Source: Gemmatimonadales bacterium | Lineage (GTDB): Bacteria > Gemmatimonadota > Gemmatimonadetes > Gemmatimonadales > GWC2-71-9 | Direction of reading: 5' to 3' | Assembly: GCA_045803515.1 (NCBI GenBank) | Contig: JBJMOX010000144.1 | Location: forward strand, 1 to 44,757 | DNA: 44,757 nucleotides | In this document: positions 10,764 to 19,439 of the stretch, piece after piece | How positions within the stretch are numbered: the stretch's first letter is position 1 | How the letters are laid out: each line of letters opens with the position of its first letter | Translations under genes and position numbers: made by a program | The notes under the pieces: generated by a model | The model's input: the letters and a program-made list of their open reading frames with translations, nothing else | Told to the model about the DNA's origin: nothing | Database searches by the model: none

Positions 10764-11450
10764 GTGGCCGCCAATCGCGCCGCCGTCTACGGTCAGGTGT
10801 CGCGCTGGCTGATTCACGACCTCCGCAATCCGGCTCAGGCACTCACGCTCGTCACCGAGCTCATGGGCGGAGAGCCGGACCGGGGCGGCGATGCGGTCCG
10901 CCGCAGCGTGGAGGATGCGACCACCCAGCTGACCCGCTCGCTCGAGCTGCTCGACCGTGCTCTCCGGACGCCTTCCTGGGGCTCCGATCGCGGGCCGGTC
11001 TCCCTGGCCGATGTCCTGAGGTATCTCGGGTCGCTTCACCGGGCGCATCGCTCGTCGATCGAGCTGGATCTGGGCCCCGCCCTCGCGGTGACGCTGCCGG
11101 CGGTAATCGGCGTGGAAGACCACGTGGAGCACGCGCTGCTCAACCTGATGGTGAACGCCCTCGAGGCCTTTGGCGATCAGCCCCAAGGGCGAATCTCGGT
11201 GAGAGCAGAGCTGGACGGGGGACGATTGACACTGCGCATCACCGACGACGGCCCAGGCGTGGCGGAGAAGATCCGCGATCGGCTGTTCGAGCCGTTCATC
11301 ACGACCAAGCGTGACGGGCCGACCACGGGGCTGGGTCTCGCGGTGGCTCGCATGCTTCTCAGATGGTATGGAGGGGACGTGCGCTGCCTTTCGAAGGACG
11401 GGCCGGGGGCCAGTTTTGCCGCAGATTTCGCGATCTGGGCTAGCGGTTGA
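10764..11450 (+). CDS. Histidine kinase without a sensor domain (HisKA plus HATPase)
   Basis: H-box LIHDLRNP, N-box NLMVNALEA, DDGPG, LFEPFITTK, GLGLAV; an in-frame stop at 10707-10709 leaves no room for a sensor domain. Confidence 0.85.
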   Translation: MAANRAAVYGQVSRWLIHDLRNPAQALTLVTELMGGEPDRGGDAVRRSVEDATTQLTRSLELLDRALRTPSWGSDRGPVSLADVLRYLGSLHRAHRSSIELDLGPALAVTLPAVIGVEDHVEHALLNLMVNALEAFGDQPQGRISVRAELDGGRLTLRITDDGPGVAEKIRDRLFEPFITTKRDGPTTGLGLAVARMLLRWYGGDVRCLSKDGPGASFAADFAIWASG

Positions 11451-11464
11451 GGCCCCGGCCCCGA

Positions 11465-11875
11465 CTAGCCGGTCCGCCGCGTTCTGTACCTGTGGGCCTG
11501 CAGGACCCGTTCCACCGCCGCCAAGAGCTCAGCTCCGCTGAACGGCTTCCGGAGGGCGTGACGGCGTAACGGACTCGACTCGAGGAGCCCGGCGTTGCCG
11601 GACACAAAAACCACCGGTACTACAGGTGCATGTTGCGCCAGCCACTCGGCGAGATCCTCCCCGCCCAGGCGCCCTATCCGGAGATCGGCGATGATCAGGT
11701 CCGGCGGCATCCGAAGGCCTCGGAGCAGGTGTGCCGCGGCTGCTCCATCGGTCGCGATCAGGGTGTCGTAGCCCGCCATGGAGAGCGCACGCACCATGAC
11801 CGGCCGCGCGGCGCAATCGTCATCAATCAGCAGAACGAGCGAGCGCCTACCGACGGCAGGTGCCGAGGTCAGCAT
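11465..11875 (-). CDS. Single-domain response regulator
   Basis: LLIDDD, IIADLRI, FVSG, LRKPF. Confidence 0.82.
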   Translation of the reverse strand: MLTSAPAVGRRSLVLLIDDDCAARPVMVRALSMAGYDTLIATDGAAAAHLLRGLRMPPDLIIADLRIGRLGGEDLAEWLAQHAPVVPVVFVSGNAGLLESSPLRRHALRKPFSGAELLAAVERVLQAHRYRTRRTG

Positions 11876-11909
11876 CGCGGGGCCTTGGAGAGAGATGGGA
11901 GGAGAGCCG

Positions 11910-12335
11910 TCACGCGCTTCCGCGCTCTTGCCCTGGGGGTGAGCCGAGCAGTTGGTGCACTCTCTGCAAGAGCGTCTCCCTGGAGAACGGCTTCTGCAGG
12001 ACACTGACGCCAGCGAGCGTGGGTCCGAAGCGTGCGCCTTCCCCCGTCATGAAGAGAAGATGGCGGCTCACATGCCGGTCGGAGAGAGCCGCGATCAGCT
12101 CTTCCCCGCCCATGGCGGGCATCCGGACGTCGGTGATGATCAGATCGACCGGGTGCTGCCGTTCGTCTATCACGGCCAACGCGGCACGCCCATTCTCGGC
12201 CAGGAGCACTTCGTAGCCTGCCAAGGTGAGAACCCGGGACAGGACCCGCCGCAATTCCTCGTGATCGTCCACCAGGAGAATGGTGGGGCTGGCGGCTCCC
12301 GGGGGCTGGTGACTGCTCGCGACGCGCCTGGTCAC
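11910..12335 (-). CDS. Single-domain response regulator
   Basis: ILLVDDH, IITDVRMP, FMTG, LQKPF; start codon uncertain. Confidence 0.85.
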   Translation of the reverse strand: MTRRVASSHQPPGAASPTILLVDDHEELRRVLSRVLTLAGYEVLLAENGRAALAVIDERQHPVDLIITDVRMPAMGGEELIAALSDRHVSRHLLFMTGEGARFGPTLAGVSVLQKPFSRETLLQRVHQLLGSPPGQERGSA

Positions 12336-12558
12336 ACAGGCTGTTCCCCGTGGGGCAAATGGGTCGCCTCGGGGCACACCCGGGCAACGCGTTGAGTCGC
12401 GGTTGATAGGTCGGCCATAGTGTCGGTCATGCCAAACAATGTGGGGGAGGGACGGAAATATAGCAGATCGAGGTTTGCCCGGGAGGGCCGCCCTGTCCAC
12501 CCAAGCCGCCGGGCAGCCGCTCTCGAAGGGCTCCCTCGAGCAGATGAGAAATGGTCCC

Positions 12559-13665
12559 TCATGAAGTCACCGCAATGCGCGAGATCCGAGGTGCCGTTTG
12601 GGAACCAGCGGATTCGCGCGCGCGAATCCGTTGAAGCGCCTGGCGCACATCGGTACGCTCCAGCAGCGCAGCAATGCGCGGATCGAACCGTTTCCCGGCG
12701 TATTGCCGAATGTACGCCATGACTTTGTCGACAGGCCAGGCCTTCCGATAGACCCGGTCGGAGGTCAGGGCATCAAAGACGTCCGCCACCATCACGAGTC
12801 GTCCGGCAAGCGGTATCTCCTCGCCCCCAAGCCCACCGGGATATCCCTGCCCGTCCCACTGCTCATGGTGAGAAAGAGCGATTTCCTCAGCGAACCGCAC
12901 CACGCCGGATCGCCCACCGGAGAGGATCCTGGCGCCTATCCTGGCGTGTCCCTTCATGACTTCCCATTCTTCGCCCGTCAGCGGACCGGGCTTGCGCAGG
13001 ATCGCGTCGGGAATGCCGATCTTGCCCACGTCATGCAGGGGAGCGGCGCGTCGAATGAGGAAGACACTCTCCTCGGGCAGTCCGAGCACCGCCCCAAGCA
13101 GCGCGGCGATCTCACCGACCCGCTCGGTATGGCGTCCGGTCTCGTCGTCCCGGAACTCGGCAGCGATCGCGAGCCGCTCGAGGGTATCCAACGAAGCGCC
13201 TTCCAGCTCCGCCATGCGCTCCCGCACCCGCTGCTCGAGGGCCTGGTTCTGATTGTTGAGCTCGCGGTAGAGTCGTCCGGTCTCCAGGAGGTTGCGGATC
13301 CGCAGCAGCACCTCATCGATGTCGAACGGCTTGGCAACGAAGTCCTTGGCACCCGCGGCCAGCACGCGGCGGCGGGCGTCCGGGGAAGTGTCACCGGTCA
13401 ACACCAGGACCGGGAGAAAGGCCCGGGATGGGGCGAGCTGCTTCAGCCGATTGATCACGCCGATGCCATCGAGCTCAGGCATGTGCAGGTCCAGCAGCAT
13501 GACGTCCGGGGCCTGCTCCTGATACAACGTCACGGCTTCGGCGGGGTTCGTTGTCGTCACGATCTGATAGCCCGCCGCCGTCAGCACCCGGCCAAGTGCG
13601 CTGATGTTGGGAAGCTCGTCGTCGACGATCAGTATTCTCGCGTTTGCTGCAGCGGTCGGAGTCAT
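12559..13665 (-). CDS. REC-HD-GYP c-di-GMP phosphodiesterase (RpfG-like)
   Basis: Receiver plus ETGRHTERV, APLHDVGKIG, HHEQWDGQGYP, ADVFDALTSDRVY. Confidence 0.93.
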   Translation of the reverse strand: MTPTAAANARILIVDDELPNISALGRVLTAAGYQIVTTTNPAEAVTLYQEQAPDVMLLDLHMPELDGIGVINRLKQLAPSRAFLPVLVLTGDTSPDARRRVLAAGAKDFVAKPFDIDEVLLRIRNLLETGRLYRELNNQNQALEQRVRERMAELEGASLDTLERLAIAAEFRDDETGRHTERVGEIAALLGAVLGLPEESVFLIRRAAPLHDVGKIGIPDAILRKPGPLTGEEWEVMKGHARIGARILSGGRSGVVRFAEEIALSHHEQWDGQGYPGGLGGEEIPLAGRLVMVADVFDALTSDRVYRKAWPVDKVMAYIRQYAGKRFDPRIAALLERTDVRQALQRIRARESAGSQTAPRISRIAVTS

Positions 13666-14096
13666 TGAGGCTGCCCTGGGATTGGGGGAATCGCGTCCGA
13701 AAAGAGCCGCTGCCGGAATGCCTCCTCCGCCTCGAGCGCGCGGCGGAGAACGTCCTGGTTGATCGCCACGTCACCGGCGATCGCCTCCCCGGCGCGGCGT
13801 ACTCTCTCGCGGACCTCGGTGAATCCGGCCGGCAGGGGAATGGCCAGGTGTCCCTGCAGGTCCTCGAGCGCGACCCCCGGGTTACCGATCACCAGGGTGA
13901 TCAGGGCGGCCCGTCGGCGTCGGGCCTCGTCCAGCGTCAGCAACGCGCGGCTGATGGCTTGCGCGGTGGATTCGATGACCTCCGGATCGTCCGCCGCGAC
14001 TCCTGCCCGCTGACGGAGCAGCATCCGGTCCAGATCCTCCATGAGGAACTGTTCTTCCGAGAGGGCACTTTCGAGCTCGTCCAGTGGTTGCTCCAC
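13662..14096 (-). CDS. flgN: FlgN-like flagellar export chaperone
   Basis: 144-aa helical protein (LDELESALSEE...QRAGVAADDPE...DVAINQDVL) immediately after fliA. Confidence 0.6.
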   Translation of the reverse strand: MEQPLDELESALSEEQFLMEDLDRMLLRQRAGVAADDPEVIESTAQAISRALLTLDEARRRRAALITLVIGNPGVALEDLQGHLAIPLPAGFTEVRERVRRAGEAIAGDVAINQDVLRRALEAEEAFRQRLFSDAIPPIPGQPQ

Positions 14097-14104
14097 AACG
14101 CGCC

Positions 14105-14884
14105 CTAGTCGGCTTGAATACTGAGTCGGTCACGCAGCCGCCCGAGCGCTTTGGTGCGGATCTGCGACACCCGCGATTCCGTCACGTGGAGCACCTCGGC
14201 GATCTGGCGGAGATTCAACTCTTCGTAGTAGTACATCGCAAGCACGGTTCGCTCCTTCTCCGGGAGCATCCCGATCGCCTGCCGCAGCCCGTGAGCCTCT
14301 TCCCGATGGGCGAGCTCTTCGCCCGGCAAGGTCGCCTGCGGGTCGTTGATCGTCTCGCCCAGCGTTGCTGCACCGCGACTGCACGGTGCCACGGCGTCAA
14401 ACGAGACCATCACGCCTCCTTCGGCTGCCCCCTGCCATTGCCAGTAGGTCTCGAGGTCGATCTCCAGTGCGGCGGCGATCTCACCCGGCTCTGCCGCCCG
14501 GCCGAGGCGACCCTGCAGCGTTGCCGTCACGGCCAGGAGCTTTCGGTTCCGCGCCCGGACCGACCGCGGTGTCCAGTCCCGGCTGCGCAAGTCATCGAGC
14601 ATGGCGCCCCGGATGCGCCGAACGGCGTAGGTGCTGAACGCCAGACCTCGCGAGAGGTCAAAACTGTCCAAGGCGCGCACCAGCCCGATGCTGCCGGCGC
14701 TCACCAGCTCTCCCAGCTCCACCGCTGGAGTGCGGGCGCCGACCTCCCTCGCGACATGATAGACCAGCCCCAGGTAGCGCTCGAGCAGCTGGGCTCGAGC
14801 CTCACGGTCGCCGGTCGATCGGTATCGCACCCAAAGGGTGTCGGCGAGGCTAGCGGGGGTGCCTTCGGTGCGAATCGCGGTCAT
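14105..14884 (-). CDS. fliA: RNA polymerase sigma28 factor (FliA/WhiG)
   Basis: FSTYAVRRIRGAMLDDLRSRDWTPRSVR; YYYEELNLRQIAEVLHVTESRVSQI. Confidence 0.95.
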   Translation of the reverse strand: MTAIRTEGTPASLADTLWVRYRSTGDREARAQLLERYLGLVYHVAREVGARTPAVELGELVSAGSIGLVRALDSFDLSRGLAFSTYAVRRIRGAMLDDLRSRDWTPRSVRARNRKLLAVTATLQGRLGRAAEPGEIAAALEIDLETYWQWQGAAEGGVMVSFDAVAPCSRGAATLGETINDPQATLPGEELAHREEAHGLRQAIGMLPEKERTVLAMYYYEELNLRQIAEVLHVTESRVSQIRTKALGRLRDRLSIQAD

Positions 14885-15738
14885 TCGGCGCTCCGGGCCA
14901 TCGCTGGCAGGTCAAGGCGGTCCAACACGGTGGATTTCAGCGTCTGAGCCGCTTGGCTGGACTGAATGCTCTCCAGCAGGCGGCTGGGGTTACGAACGGC
15001 AAGACGGATCGACGCATCCTCCGGGAGCGCTCCCGCGTAGTCGACGGCTCGGCGGAGAAACCGCTCGCAGGCGGTCGCCAGCTTCAGATAGGCGTCCCGT
15101 CCCTCAGTGGCGTTGAGGCAGCGGTTGACCAGGATACCGATGGGGAAGTCGGGTAGCTGCAGATGGAGGATCTTGATCAGCGCATAGGCATCGGTCAGTG
15201 CGGTCGGTTCCGGAGCCGTGACCAGAAGCAGCGAGGTGGCCCGCATGGTCGCCGCGCGCACCACGTTCTCGATTCCCGTTCCGGTGTCGACCACGACGAC
15301 CTCAAACCGGCGGTAGACCTCGCTGAGCCGGTGCTGCAGGCGCGCCCGGTTCACCGACTCGAGCGCGTAGAGCGACTCCGCCCCTGATTCGCCGGCCAGC
15401 AGCCAGAGGTTCGGCGACACCCACTGGACCAATTCAGGTGCGTCGGCCCTGCCGGAGAGCACCGACTCTATCCGAGCCTTGGGGCGCACACCGAGCAGGA
15501 CGTGCAGGTTGGCGAGGTTCTGGTCGCCATCGAGGAGCAGGACGCGGCGACCCTGGGCCGCGACCGCGGTGGCGATGAGCACACTCACCACCGACTTGCC
15601 TACCCCACCCTTGCCGCTGCCGACCACGATCGTCGGCGTCTCCGGCGCGGGGGGTTCGAGGCGGGGCGCGAAGCTGGAACGGCCCCGGGGGCAGTCCATC
15701 TCCCGCTCTTGCGGCGCCTTCGCCGTGCTCGCGTGCAT
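14881..15738 (-). CDS. flhG: FlhG/FleN MinD-like ATPase
   Basis: SGKGGVGKS, LANLHVLLG, DTGTGI, PEPTALTDAYALIK (FlhG signature); ATGA-coupled to fliA. Confidence 0.85.
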   Translation of the reverse strand: MHASTAKAPQEREMDCPRGRSSFAPRLEPPAPETPTIVVGSGKGGVGKSVVSVLIATAVAAQGRRVLLLDGDQNLANLHVLLGVRPKARIESVLSGRADAPELVQWVSPNLWLLAGESGAESLYALESVNRARLQHRLSEVYRRFEVVVVDTGTGIENVVRAATMRATSLLLVTAPEPTALTDAYALIKILHLQLPDFPIGILVNRCLNATEGRDAYLKLATACERFLRRAVDYAGALPEDASIRLAVRNPSRLLESIQSSQAAQTLKSTVLDRLDLPAMARSAE

Positions 15739-15791
15739 GGGGGTCCGTGTCGTGAGTCGTAGAGGAGTTCGTGCCGCCGGTCGGACGTAAG

Positions 15792-15807
15792 AGCAACCGG
15801 CATACCA
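15792..15807 (-). promoter_or_regulatory. Sigma54 -24/-12 promoter of flhG-fliA-flgN-HD-GYP
   Basis: Minus strand TGGTATG-CCGG-TTGCT against consensus TGGCACG-N4-TTGCW, about 54 nt upstream of the flhG ATG. Confidence 0.8.
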
Positions 15808-15919
15808 CGCGACCCGTACCCCATCGGGGCGGACCCACTCGACTGCCCGTGCTACGCTATGTCGTTGCTGAACAGGAACTAGCAGGATGGGGGCGAGCCA
15901 GGCGCAGGAGCGAGGGCGT

Positions 15920-15988
15920 CTGCCGGACGAAGAATCCTTCCGGGTTCATGGGGAAGGGACTGCCGGTCGGGGCGGCGGGATATGCCGG
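15920..15988. promoter_or_regulatory. Candidate enhancer (UAS) for the adjacent sigma54 activator
   Basis: Three TGCCGG copies (15921, 15961, 15983), including the dyad CGGC-N7-GCCG at 15973-15987, 110-180 bp upstream of the -24 element. Confidence 0.4.
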
Positions 15989-16068
15989 GCTAGGCGGCGA
16001 CCAGTGGAGAACGGGTGGATAAGTGCAAACGTGTTCGTGACACGGCGAGCGCTGATTGTGACAAGGCC

Positions 16069-17517
16069 TCAGGCTGGGCGTCTCGAGGTTTCCTCGGTCA
16101 CGGGCCGAGGTGTGTTGAGTCGGCTTCGGAGCGTGCGCTCGCTGATTCCGAGGAGTTTGGCGGCCCGCGTGCGGTTCCCGCCGGTGGCCTCCAACGCCCG
16201 CTCGATCGCGCGGCGCTCGATCTCCTCCAACGCGAACGGAAGTGGCTCGGCGAGCACGTCAGCCGCGGCGGCCATCGGCACCGCGGGGGCCGTCGGTGTC
16301 GGGATGGGCGCTCTGGCCGCCAGGCCGGCCGGTGCGCCGAGCCCCGCCATATCCTGCAGAGACTCGTCGAAGGCGGAGGGCAGCAGAACACTGCCCCGGC
16401 AGAGAATGACCGCGCGCTCAATGGCGTTGGCCAGCTCCCGCACATTCCCTGGCCAGGAGTAGCCTTGAAGCCGGTGAATGGTTTCGGGCGGGATCGCCAA
16501 TACGGCGGTTCCCAGCTGCTCAGCCATTCTCTGAATGAAGTGATGAACCAGTCGGGGAATATCCTGCACCCGTTCGCGGAGAGGCGGGGTGCGAATCGGC
16601 ACGACGTTGAGCCGGTAGTAGAGATCGCTCCGGAACTTGCCGGCATCGACCTCGGCCTTGAGGTCCCGGTTGGTTGTCGCGATGAGGCGCACATCCACCT
16701 TGATGGGCTGGGTCCCCCCGACCCTCTCGAATTCCTGCTCCTGGATCACGCGCAGCAGCTTCGACTGAAGATCGAGCCTCATCTCGGACACCTCGTCGAG
16801 CAGCAGGGTCCCGGTATGCGCTCGCTCGAAGGCGCCCGCAGTGCGAACGGTGGCGCCCGTAAAGGCCCCCTTCTCGTGCCCGAACAGCGCACTTTCAACC
16901 AGCCCCTCAGGCATGGCGGCGCAGTTCATCGTGATGAATGGCGCGTCCTGGCGGGGGCTCTGCCCATGAATGGCGCGGGCGAACAGCTCCTTCCCGGTGC
17001 CCGACTCACCCTGGAGCAGCACCGTGGCCCGGGTGGGCGCGACGGTGCTGACCACCTCCATCACCCGGCGGAACTGCTCGCTCTCGCCGATGAGGGCGCG
17101 AGTTGCTCGGATCTTGAGGATCTCCCGCCGGAAGGTCTCGTTCTCCCTCCGGAGGCGAACCACCTCCAGCGCCTGGTGGACGGCAATCTCCAGCGTCTCG
17201 GCTCGGATCGGCTTGGTGAGGTAGTCGATGGCTCCGGTCTTGATGGAAATCACGGCGTGCTCGATGCTGGAGTACCCGGTCATGATGATGACCGGGATCC
17301 GGTAGCCTTCTTTTTCCAACAGCCCGAGCAGGTCGAGCCCCGTCAGGTTAGGCATTCGGTAATCGGCGATGATCAGGTCGAGCGGGGTGCGTGCCACCAG
17401 CTGCATCGCCTCTTCCACGCTCGACACCAGCAGCGGCCGATGGCCGATCTTCGCCAGGGTGTGCTCAAGGAGCACGCCGACGGAGGGCTCGTCGTCAATG
17501 CAGAGGATGGTAGCCAT
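16069..17517 (-). CDS. Sigma54-dependent enhancer-binding response regulator (REC-AAA+-Fis HTH), probable flagellar-type regulator
   Basis: IDDE/IADYRMP receiver, GESGTGKE, GAFTGA, FRSDLYYRLNV, WPGNVREL, GNRTRAAKLLGIS. Confidence 0.93.
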   Translation of the reverse strand: MATILCIDDEPSVGVLLEHTLAKIGHRPLLVSSVEEAMQLVARTPLDLIIADYRMPNLTGLDLLGLLEKEGYRIPVIIMTGYSSIEHAVISIKTGAIDYLTKPIRAETLEIAVHQALEVVRLRRENETFRREILKIRATRALIGESEQFRRVMEVVSTVAPTRATVLLQGESGTGKELFARAIHGQSPRQDAPFITMNCAAMPEGLVESALFGHEKGAFTGATVRTAGAFERAHTGTLLLDEVSEMRLDLQSKLLRVIQEQEFERVGGTQPIKVDVRLIATTNRDLKAEVDAGKFRSDLYYRLNVVPIRTPPLRERVQDIPRLVHHFIQRMAEQLGTAVLAIPPETIHRLQGYSWPGNVRELANAIERAVILCRGSVLLPSAFDESLQDMAGLGAPAGLAARAPIPTPTAPAVPMAAAADVLAEPLPFALEEIERRAIERALEATGGNRTRAAKLLGISERTLRSRLNTPRPVTEETSRRPA

Positions 17518-17820
17518 CGGCTCCGAAGAGCAGGAGGAGAGGGGGGCGCCGGGGCGCCGGGCTCAACCTCACCCGACAAAAAACCGACACTGAAACATAG
17601 TACCATCCCTGCCGAACGTCAGCACATCCCACCCGGCGGCTCGGTTCCGCCGTGGCTCGGCGCACTGCTTCATGGCCCAGGGCCTCTTTGGACGGCACAG
17701 GTGCAGGCATATGCTTGTTGAAAAACGACTTACTCGGCTAGACTTGGGCCAGGGCCCTGAGCTGCCGGCCGGCGTTCCTCGGTTCGGCAATCTCGTCCAA
17801 CGCAATGCGGGTTGCGGCGC

Positions 17821-17848
17821 TCAAGTAGGCAGCGGTTCGCGCCGATAG
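17821..17848 (+). promoter_or_regulatory. Sigma28 promoter of flgM-cheY-cheZ
   Basis: TCAA-N16-GCCGATAG; shares CTCAAGT-N14-GCCGATA with the cheA promoter; followed by GAGGAG RBS and ATG at 17872. Confidence 0.8.
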
Positions 17849-17871
17849 TTTCACCACTGATGAGGAGAACG

Positions 17872-18216
17872 ATGCCGGACGAGTCCTTGAAGTCTCCTGC
17901 CGTTCCTCCCGCCGATGCCGACACGGGGGCTCCAAGTCCGGCGGCACGGCAGCCGGACAGCCCCGCTCCTGGCGAGGGGAATGTCGACGCGGTGGACGTA
18001 CTCCGGGATAAGGTCGAGCTCCCGATGACTTTGCGCACTCTGCCGGATGGGTCGGACGCCGAGCGGGTACCACAGGGGACGCTCCCCCCCGAGCGAATGC
18101 GGGAGGTGCTCCGCCGCTTGGCCGAAAACGTGTATGACAGCAGCGAAGTGCAGGACGTCATCGCGCGCCGCCTTCAGAGGGATCTGGGACTTTCACCAGA
18201 GAGTGAAGCACCATGA
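17872..18216 (+). CDS. flgM: FlgM-like anti-sigma28 factor
   Basis: Low-complexity N-terminus, then DKVEL...ERMREVLRRLAENVYDSSEVQDVIARRL, resembling the FlgM C-terminal sigma-binding helices; preceded by a sigma28 promoter. Confidence 0.6.
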   Translation: MPDESLKSPAVPPADADTGAPSPAARQPDSPAPGEGNVDAVDVLRDKVELPMTLRTLPDGSDAERVPQGTLPPERMREVLRRLAENVYDSSEVQDVIARRLQRDLGLSPESEAP

Positions 18217-18590
18217 AATGTCTAGTGGTCGACGATTCCGCTACCATGCGGCGCATTGTGATCAATGCGCTCAAGACCATCGGCTACCAGGATGCGGTCG
18301 AGGCCGCCGATGGGAGAGAGGCGCTGGCAAGATGGGACGCCTCGATCGAGATGCTCATCACCGACTGGAACATGCCCAATATGGGCGGCCTCGAGCTGGT
18401 CCAGCACCTGCGGAGCGATCCGAAGACCGCGAGAATTCCCATCCTCATGGTGACCACGAGGAGCTTGAAGGAAGACATCGTCCAGGCGCTCGACGCCGGC
18501 ATCAACAATTACGTCCTCAAGCCGTTCACACCGCAGGTGCTCAAGGACAAGCTGGATCAGGTCGTTGCGTCCGCATCGGGTGCGGCCTGA
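18213..18590 (+). CDS. cheY: Chemotaxis response regulator CheY
   Basis: LVVDDSATMRRIV, ITDWNMPNMGG, ILMVTT, NYVLKPFT. Confidence 0.92.
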   Translation: MKCLVVDDSATMRRIVINALKTIGYQDAVEAADGREALARWDASIEMLITDWNMPNMGGLELVQHLRSDPKTARIPILMVTTRSLKEDIVQALDAGINNYVLKPFTPQVLKDKLDQVVASASGAA

Positions 18591-18593
18591 GCG

Positions 18594-19310
18594 GTGGAAA
18601 CCACCGGCGCGTCAGCCCTCGGCATGGAGCTGCAGACCTCGCTCGATCTGCTGCACCGACTGTTCCTCGAGGTCGAAGCCGGCAGTCCCGCGGTCAATCA
18701 GGACCACCAGGTACGCCTGGCTGTCGATGCGGTCCGTCGCCGGCCCAATCTCGCAAAGCTGCCCGATCTCCTCCTTCGCGTCTACGGCGATCTTGCGGTG
18801 GCGCTCAGTGGAATCCGGGTCACCCGCGAAACCATTCAGGAGCACTCCATGGAGCGGCTTCGCAACACACACGCGAAGCTCAGCGAGGTATCGTCGGCCA
18901 CCGAGATCGCCGCCGTGGAAATGCTCAACGGCCTGGACCGCACGCTCGGGATGATCGACCAGCTCGAGGTCGACACGAAGGAGAATCGCCGAGCCTCGCA
19001 CGAGCTGTGCGACGGGCTGCGGATGGAAGTGAACCAGCTCTACGGGTGCCTCCAGTTTCAGGACATTGTCACGCAGCAGTTGAGTGGCGTGGGCGCGCTT
19101 CTGGCCGAGATCGAGCAGCGGCTGGAGAGCGTCGCTCAGCTCTTCGACGAGCCGCCGGCCACGGATCAAACCGACGAGCAGGCGGCCAAGCTGCATCTGA
19201 ACGTGACCGCGTTCAATCCCGACGCCACCATGCGAGATGCCGCCGGGCGGCAGGCCATGATCGACGCCACCATCCGCTCCACCCGTTCCGCTCCAAGCCG
19301 TTCCAACTGA
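18594..19310 (+). CDS. cheZ: CheZ-like phosphatase
   Basis: LSEVSSATEIAAVEML and LQFQDIVTQQL (DxxxQ catalytic motif); follows cheY. Confidence 0.75.
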   Translation: METTGASALGMELQTSLDLLHRLFLEVEAGSPAVNQDHQVRLAVDAVRRRPNLAKLPDLLLRVYGDLAVALSGIRVTRETIQEHSMERLRNTHAKLSEVSSATEIAAVEMLNGLDRTLGMIDQLEVDTKENRRASHELCDGLRMEVNQLYGCLQFQDIVTQQLSGVGALLAEIEQRLESVAQLFDEPPATDQTDEQAAKLHLNVTAFNPDATMRDAAGRQAMIDATIRSTRSAPSRSN

Positions 19311-19439
19311 TGGACCCGATGCAGACCCGCCGGCGGCTCCTCCTCCCGGAGGTGGCAGTCGGCGTCTGACCCCTTCACTTCCCTCCCGTCCCATTCTTAC
19401 TTCATAGCGCGCCGCACCAATCCCCTTTTCGAGCTCGCC

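Noticed and set aside
17590-17605. Sigma54-like TGGTACT-N4-TTCAG upstream of the activator gene
   Set aside because: Lacks the conserved -12 GC; more likely an extended -10 (TGG-TACTAT), too weak to call
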